Shown: in pieces, positions 55,067-64,000 of the stretch
Position numbering within the stretch: the stretch's first letter is position 1
Layout: each line of letters opens with the position of its first letter
NCBI RefSeq assembly: GCF_009914755.1
Contig: NC_060939.1
Reading direction: 5' to 3' (one strand)
DNA from: the human T2T-CHM13v2.0 reference genome, Homo sapiens
DNA length: 64,000 nt
The notes under the pieces: model-generated
What the model was told of the DNA's origin: nothing
The model's input: only the letters and a program-made list of their open reading frames with translations
Databases searched by the model: none
Made by a program: the position numbers and the translations under genes

Positions 55067-56910
55067 TGACTCCCATTTTCCTGTCTTCTAAGAATATAAT
55101 CCTTTTGAAGATAATCTGCAAGGACAAAATTACTATTTGACAAAAAAATTCTTAATTCTGTGTCTAATAAGCCTAATAATAAAGCTGTTTGTGAAGGAAA
55201 ATAGTCATGAAAATTTATGCTCCTTTTTATACCAACATCTGAAACAAAGTGGACTTCGAGATACAGAAAAGTTACTGCTCCACCTGCCCATAATTCCATA
55301 TCCTAAATGTTGCCCGGGAGTCAAATAGCCTCTAAGTAAGGCACCTTTTGATTCTTTTCTTTACAAAGGCCCCTTTCAGGCTTTACTCAGATGTAGAACA
55401 TGCCACAAATCTCCCCATTCCTCATTACTTATCCCTTCCAGAGTCTGAGGCTCTGTCTCTGGAGATCTCAATCCTGGGACCAGTGGGGGCAATTAACGTG
55501 CATTATGCAGGCTTGAGTATGTTTCATCTTCAGAGATAATCATATTGGAGACAAAAACTACATAATATGCATACACGCTCATGTGCAGTCACACACACAC
55601 TTACACACACACAGATCAGGCTGTTAACATAGCAGTATTCCTTCCAGAGTTTCCTCTCCTAATCTTAATAAATTATCTTTGCGCTAACAAACTTTTTCTG
55701 CCATGAGAGGCACCATTACCTTCAAATTTTGTTAATCTCAGAAACTGAGAAGAAAAAAAAAATTCTGGGTCTAAACAGTTTAATAACAAATAAACAAAGG
55801 TACCACACTTGGCAGATAAAAAATGACTTTTTGTCTATGTGTCTGTGCAATTAAAACAGATTTAGATTCCCCATTGGGACAAAAGGAAAAACACACAAAA
55901 AAAGGAAGGAGGTTCTTTTGAAAAACATACTCCCTTGCTCCAAATATGTAACAATTTTTTTTCTCTTTTTAAATTCACTACACAAACTCTGTGATGAGGT
56001 AAGAAAAGCGACGAGGGCTCTTCTTGCTTTTTTTCTTAAACCATTAAAGTAAAACCCGTAATTTTCTACAGAGTACAACACAAGTTCACACAAAAAAGAC
56101 ATTTTCTTTTGCAAATCAAAACAGGAAAGAAAGGAAAAGCTCAAACAAGGTGAAGGAAAAGCATTTCTACAGCTGAATCACGACTGAGTTGATCGAAGCC
56201 CATTGTTGCTGCACAACAGACTGTGCGTTTGGTCACAGCGGCAATTTTTTTTTCTCTTCACATTGTGAAATCACTTTACATTGTTTTCTAGTAGAAAAGG
56301 CAAAAAATTGTACAAAACCCCTAGTGTTAAATACGTTTGTACCAATAAAACACTCACACAGGTTTGTCTCCAAAATGTCAAGTTTCTTTTTCTTTGCTTT
56401 TTAAATTATTCACAAGACCCAAAATTTTTCATCCATGTTGCCCAATTGGCAGTTTGAAGATCTTGCCCACTAAATCCAGAAGGATCTTATGCCCAGAAAT
56501 CCACAGAGCTACCCATCTTTATTTCTTATAAACTCTTTTTCTCCACATATAGATCAAACAAGGTAGATGTTAGTCAACTCAGAAGTTAAGATATCAATTG
56601 TGTGAAAAAGACAAATCCATTTCCTCTTTTTCAAGTGTAGATCACATTTCTGGGTCCCCTTTGGAGTTAGGTGTGGTCATGTGACCGAGTTCTAGTTCAG
56701 AGAAAACAATGAAAACTGCTGTGCAACACTTCAGGCCCTACCCATACAAGGGCCTTGATGATTTTTGATACCATTGAGCACAATGACATTGAAAGACATT
56801 TATGAAGATGATGAAGTCAAAGAGAAGTCCTGAATTCCAGAATCAGCACTTGAAGAACCTGCCAATCAGGAGCACCCATTCAGATTTTAAGTGAGCAATA
56901 AACTTCTTTT

Positions 56911-57220
<310 letters not shown>

Positions 57221-60200
57221 TCATGTTTGATCCACTTTAAAAAAATTGTTTGGAGAAGAAAGTGACCAATTGAAACCAACATTTTTACATTTTGAAGAAT
57301 GTATTAAAAAAGCAATTTGTGAATGGCTGTATCAACATATAATTCAGTGGGCTTATTCCCTTCCAAGACTCAATTCTGAAATAACAGGAATAAATTACGG
57401 AAATAATTTCTGGAGACTGAACAATTACTAGGAAGGAATAGAAAGTGAGTGTTAGTGGATACATTTACCACAAGATCACCATTAGGTTGTATTTGAATTT
57501 GAGTATGATTTCCTTTGAAATATATGATCTTGTGCCTATCTACATTCACGGCAAGCACAATCCTTCCTTTAGCTTGAGCCAAAACCTGTGGGGCAGAAAT
57601 AAGAAAAACCTTTAGCAGTAGGAAGCAGTGTGGAGTTTTTTAGTTTTTTGAATGCAAAGGTTTACAGAGACCTGAGGACCTTGAATTAAGTGAACATAGT
57701 TACAGGGGGAAAAAATAGTAAGAACTATCCCTACCATCAGCATTCAATTAACAGTAGTGAGAAAATACAGCTGTAAACCCAGTTGCAGAAAGTTGAGGAT
57801 AGGACAAATTCAGAAGCTCTTAAAATCCTGGTAAGTAGAATTAAATTTAATTTAAAGCCAGCCATGGAAATTAAAAGATATAATTAAAGTTTAATTAAAA
57901 TGTAGAGCGTTTAAGACTTTATGTGAGTGGTATATCACTTTCTTAGATGCTATAAAATTAAATTAGAAATATTGATAGAAAACATGTTCTTGAAAATATT
58001 ATTTTGCTGCCCTGTTTCAGGTATCTCTATGTCTATAAATTCAATCCCTGTCTTCCATGGGTTTGCTAATGCTGGTCTTTCTGCCCATATGCCCTCACTT
58101 TCTATCTCTGCAGTAAAATGTCACCATCCTTCTTAGGCAAATCACACACTAGCTCTTACAACTTCCATCTGAAAATTGCATGCCATTACATCTATTCAGA
58201 AATCGATAGGCAAATCAGGGTAGTCTTTTGGTCACACCTAATTTCCAAGTGTCAGGGAGGTACAATTCTATCATGCACTCAGGAGGAAAAACAAAATACT
58301 GGTGAACAGAGTAACAACTACAACATTTAAGCTTCCTTTGTTCTTCATGTAAGCATATGATTAAACCTTTATTAAAAGAATGTAAAACAACTATATGTTT
58401 AAATTAACTATAATACTTTAAGCTCTTTGATGCAAAGATCTTTTCTTGCCTTTTGTCTTTTTACCTTAGAAAGCCCACAGGACCATGGGTTCTTACTTTG
58501 TATCTAATAAATTTTTTAAAAATTTTCCTTCAGTCAAAAATTCACTGAGTGAAGATGAGTACTATATACAACCTCTTCCAGGATACCCCTTTCTGGATAT
58601 TGGTCATGCATACACTGCATACACTCAACACCATTGCCAAAATTTTGACAACTTGCCCTCAGAAAGATTAGCTACTTTGTTAAATTTTGATTCTTCCCTT
58701 TTTTTAATTTAGTTTCTACCCTTGAATCACAGGATTTCACACATACATTGCTATACATATCAGAGTTCAGTACAAGATAGAAAAACAACTCCAAATATTT
58801 TAAGCAGAAAGAAATTTAACAGGGAATTAATGCTTGATTAACTCTTTTTCCTTGTTATTCATAGTCATCCTTAGAGAGGTAGCATAATTTTACCACATTA
58901 GGATAATCTGCACTTTCGGTATCTTGTCTTTCAATATTTTAAATGTTTCAAAATGTTCTGTACTATACATTTGATGATATTTATCATACATGGTATCATT
59001 AATTGATTCAATCCTTGAGTCAATAAATATTTGTGAAATAACTACTATTCACCAGACACTTTTTTCACTCACTCTTGATATCACAGTAAGGAAATCTGCC
59101 TCCAAAAAGTAATTAATTTGTGACATAGCAAACCCCAGAAGGGAAAATTTGAGGTAACACAATGAGTTCACTTGTACACATGGTCAACTATGTGTCACTG
59201 AGATATCCAAGTAAAGACAACCAGTCAGCGATTGGACAGAAAAGTCTCAAGCTCAGGAGAGGGTAATAGATATATTAGATATTAGAAGCTGTTAACACAG
59301 AAAGGGCATTTGGACCTGAAGTGGGTATATACTTCCTAAGAAATACTGCCTAAGAAATATGTATGAGAAAAGAGCAGAGAGTCTAACGTCAAGCCACCAG
59401 CAATGCCATAATAAGCACAAATAAATATATAGTGGATAGGTGGAGAAGCAAAATACCAAAAAAGAAACAGGAAAAGTAAATAAAGAGGGAAAAAAAAAAA
59501 CAGAAGAAAATAAGCAAAGAAAATGGGATTTTCTTTGAATTTTCATTTAGAGAGTTGTCAGTCTGGTCAAACACTGCTAAAAAGTCAAACAATTCACGAA
59601 CTTACAAGTAACCATTTGATTTAGGTACATAGAAATCACTGGTGACTTTGGCAAAATTTCAGAGACATTGTGGAGAAGGAAACCAGATTGCTGTAGGCTG
59701 AGGAGTGAAGTGACAATGAGAGATACAGAGAACCGGTATAGACATGGGGCTTGGCTAAAGAAGAGGAGAGAGATGAAAACTGAAGGGGGATGTTAGATCA
59801 AGGAAGAATTATGTTTTTGTTTTTGTAAGGTAAGGTTGAGCAGGGAAAGGAGAGAAAGGTGGTAAGCAAAGGTACTCGCTCCCTGTAACTGTGGTAGAGG
59901 ATGGAATACAGAATGTGAAGGGGGAGATTTCAATTTGAACAAAAGGGTAAGAATCTCTTTTATTGTTTATAGGAAGAAATGAAAAGAATGTGAGGACAGA
60001 TTTTTTTACTTTAGTATGTTCCAATCATCAATAACAATCTTCCTGTGTCAAACTATTGGTTTGTCTTAAGTGATGTCCTAAGTGAAACACACAGTACACT
60101 AGCTTTGCCTTCAAAGCTTTCTTTTACTTAAGTAATCCAGCCACATAGAAAAAAATAACTATTGAATAGTATTTTTAGACAGTAAGATAGCTCTCCCACC

Positions 60201-60704
60201 CAAGACCCTCAGTTCTTCTAAAAGAAAACTGCTATTCCTAAGTCACATATAGATAATCAGTGCATTTACAAATATGTGTATAAACACATGGCTTTGGGCA
60301 TTTAATTTTTAATTTACATAATGCATAATATTAACAGGTAATAGTTTTACATATTTACAAGGTACACGTGTTATTTTGATACAGGTATATAGTATGTAGT
60401 GACCAAATCAAGGTAATTGGGATATCTGTCACCTCAATCATTTATCATTACTTTGTAAGCACGTTTTTAAATAAATTATAGCGTACTAATCACACATTTC
60501 TGTACTTTATTTCACTTAGAACTACTTCTTGGACATATTGCTTCTTATCAAAATGTATACATCTATCTTAATTCTTAATGGCTGTGTAGTTTTTCATTCT
60601 CTAAATGTAACATGATTTATTGATTCAGTCACCTATTAATAGACGTATTTGTTTCCAAGATTCAGCTATGACAAATAATGCTGAAAGCTTATTAATTTAT
60701 GTAG

Positions 60705-61073
<369 letters not shown>

Positions 61074-62008
61074 TAAGTGTGCACACTTTAAATTTTGGTC
61101 AATATGGCCACATTTTCCTCCAAAGAGGTGTCAGTGCTTTCCTCATTACTGTTGCTTTTCTCTCTATCCTTGGCACCAAGGCCTAGCTTTTCACAAGATC
61201 TTCAAAATGAGCTTCACAAATTATTTTAGCCACAATGTTTTATGGCTTCATTATGGTGATATGAATACTGTCCACATCAGTGACATTAATTACTGTCAGT
61301 TGAGAGAATACGGTACATATTCTTGAAGTAAGACTCTTTCATCAAAGGTGACCCAATGTCTACCCTTTAAATCTATATTGTACACACTTAATAATATAAG
61401 GTCAGTGACCACATGAAATAAAGATATGGAGTAGGAGAAGGCTGCAACAGCTACCCACAATGCATTATAGAACAAACCTAGCACTGCCACTATTTCAATA
61501 TGGGCATAGATGGGATATATGATTCTTCAGAACTCACTAGATCTGTTACCAGGCTAACCAGTTATTCCCCATAAAACTCATGACTTCTTACAAATCATTT
61601 GCTGGAAAATTTTTATATCCTAATTTCCTGAGATGGGCTCTACATTGTGGCAGATGGCTTTTTGACCTCTTAACTGTACACTCAAATTTTATCTGGCTTG
61701 TAAAAGCTCTATGACATTTAGCACAGACTGTATCATACATTCTATATGCAATAGAAAAAAGGTTCCCAAGGATATAAGCTATAAACAAAGCGCTTGTAGT
61801 AGTGTAATATAAGGGAGTAATAGTTGTTGCTATCGTTATTTTTTAATTTTAATTGACATACTAATTATACATATTTATGGGATAAAATATGATGCTTCAA
61901 TACATGTATACATTGTGTAATGATCAAATGAAGGTAATTAGCATATCCATCACCTCAAACATTTATAATTTTTGCTGTGAGAACAGCAAAGAGATACATT
62001 CTGGTTGA

Positions 62009-62351
<343 letters not shown>

Positions 62352-63059
62352 ACTTCTGCTAGTCTTTTTGCAGTTTGCCTGCTATTTAGTTATCTATGAT
62401 CTCCTCTACTTGCATAACTTACCATGAACTAACTTAAGAGCATTCTATGTCAACTAACCTTAGTAACTTTCCCTTGTCTGATGCGTTAAATTTCCTTTCC
62501 AATCAATGTGATTGACTCAACATCACACGGTTCAGCAGTTACTAAAATGCACCAAAGAGTTACTACAAGACTGTAATTTAAACCCAGGCAGGCAATTTCA
62601 AAAAGCTGTACCTGGTAGCTTTTCTGCAAAGTGGTTGTAACCCAGATGTTCTATCTATGTGAAGGCAGCTCAACAATATTTCTATGAAAAAGGCATTAGC
62701 GAACAACCTGACACGTTATCTCAAGAGATACACTATCATTCTACTGCTATACTGGGTACACTTTTGCATTGTCAATAGCTCCCATGATTAAAAGAATTAA
62801 TGACAGACATCTTGATTCATACTTTATTTCAATCATCTCACTTGATCCTTCAAACCCTATGGTATTATGTATTTTTTCATTGTAGAAATTAATGCTCAGA
62901 AATAAATAGCGCACTACAAAATGCCATAATTGAAACCCAAGCTTGCCAGCGTCTAAAGCCCATTCTTCTACCATGATACCATGGTGCTTTTTTCAAGTGA
63001 TATGGCTTTTCCCTCTCCTCTAATGACTTTTTCATTCACCTCTCCACCTTGGCTTTATG

Positions 63060-63074
63060 GCGTGCGCGCACTCA

Positions 63075-63108
<34 letters not shown>
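63060..63108. repeat. (CA)n microsatellite
   Basis: Read directly. Confidence 0.95.
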
Positions 63109-64000
63109 GAGCTTAGGTTAGCTCATCATTATTTCTTTAGTACCTGTTATTTGATTTTTTGCCAACCAGGCACCAGACTTAATTTTTTATATTGCATATA
63201 GTTTGCTAAATAAGGGACATGTAGTAATAAAATAATATCCCAGAGGACATTTTCACATTTTACTTGCTGTTTCTCTTTCAAAATTTCCAACGTTAAAAGA
63301 GGCAAACAGCCATAGGCTCTGGATATAATAGCTTCAGCTGCAAATAAAAAAATTGTCTTTCTGGATGGAAGGTGTGAAAAGGACTATTATTGCATCAGTC
63401 TCTCAGCTACTCTCCCACAGAACATTGCGGTCTGTTCAAACGAATGAGGACAGTAGTGAATAAACCAGTCTTTTAAACTTGTGTAAGATTTTCCATACCT
63501 GGGTTTCAGATCATTTTAGAGGCAAGTATTAATTTATTCTTTTTTCTCCTAATTTTTCATATGGACAAATTTAGGCACAGAGGAGATAATGAACTTGGCA
63601 GAGAATCAGGAGCAAAACACTGATGGAAAATGATGCTGATTTAAATGTTTCCTGCTTGCATTTCTCATAATGAAAGCACAGCCATATTGTGACACTTGTT
63701 ATTTTATGGTTCACTGAAGAGCCGCAATAACAAATTTTAAATACCTATCAAATGTCATAAAATGTCATTTAATATTGTTCTTCGTTTGTTAAAGGGAAAA
63801 TGAAAACTGATAAAGTTCATGTATATTTTGTGCTAGTTCAATAAACTAAATACCATACTATAAGACTTTCAGCAAACATACAGTCAATTGTAATATGGTA
63901 ATATTAAATAAGAGGGTACTACACTTTTTCAAGAGAAAGTGGTCTTATTAAAAAGGTTATTTTAATGATGCTCTAAACAATTTCTTTGGCTGCATCACAG

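Overview
Human (primate) genomic DNA that looks like a pericentromeric segmental-duplication mosaic, most likely 15q11.2 (inferred from the orphon IGHD sequences). It contains no intact protein-coding gene. Bases ~470-4560 are a GC-rich copy of the immunoglobulin heavy-chain D cluster, with orphon IGHD3, IGHD4 and IGHD5 segments flanked by 12-bp-spacer RSSs, plus a decayed fourth D-like segment and a 16-bp E-box-rich minisatellite. This block ends abruptly at an MST LTR, and a VH3-type RSS/3' flank remnant follows at ~11.9 kb. The rest is AT-rich and repeat-dense (L1, Alu, LTR, DNA transposons), with two tail-to-tail OR11 (OR11J-like) olfactory receptor pseudogenes. The main discovery is a stop-riddled but frame-intact C-terminal TIR-domain relic of Toll-like receptor 11 (mouse chr14 Tlr11 type) at 22652-22891, which the ORF track does not show. 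Other highlights are an NR2F6 ligand-binding-domain fragment captured inside a MER33, an L1 insertion that swapped the C-terminus of one OR, a ~125-bp-arm inverted repeat upstream of that OR, and several twin-primed L1s. Homology calls rest on remembered reference sequences and need BLAST confirmation.
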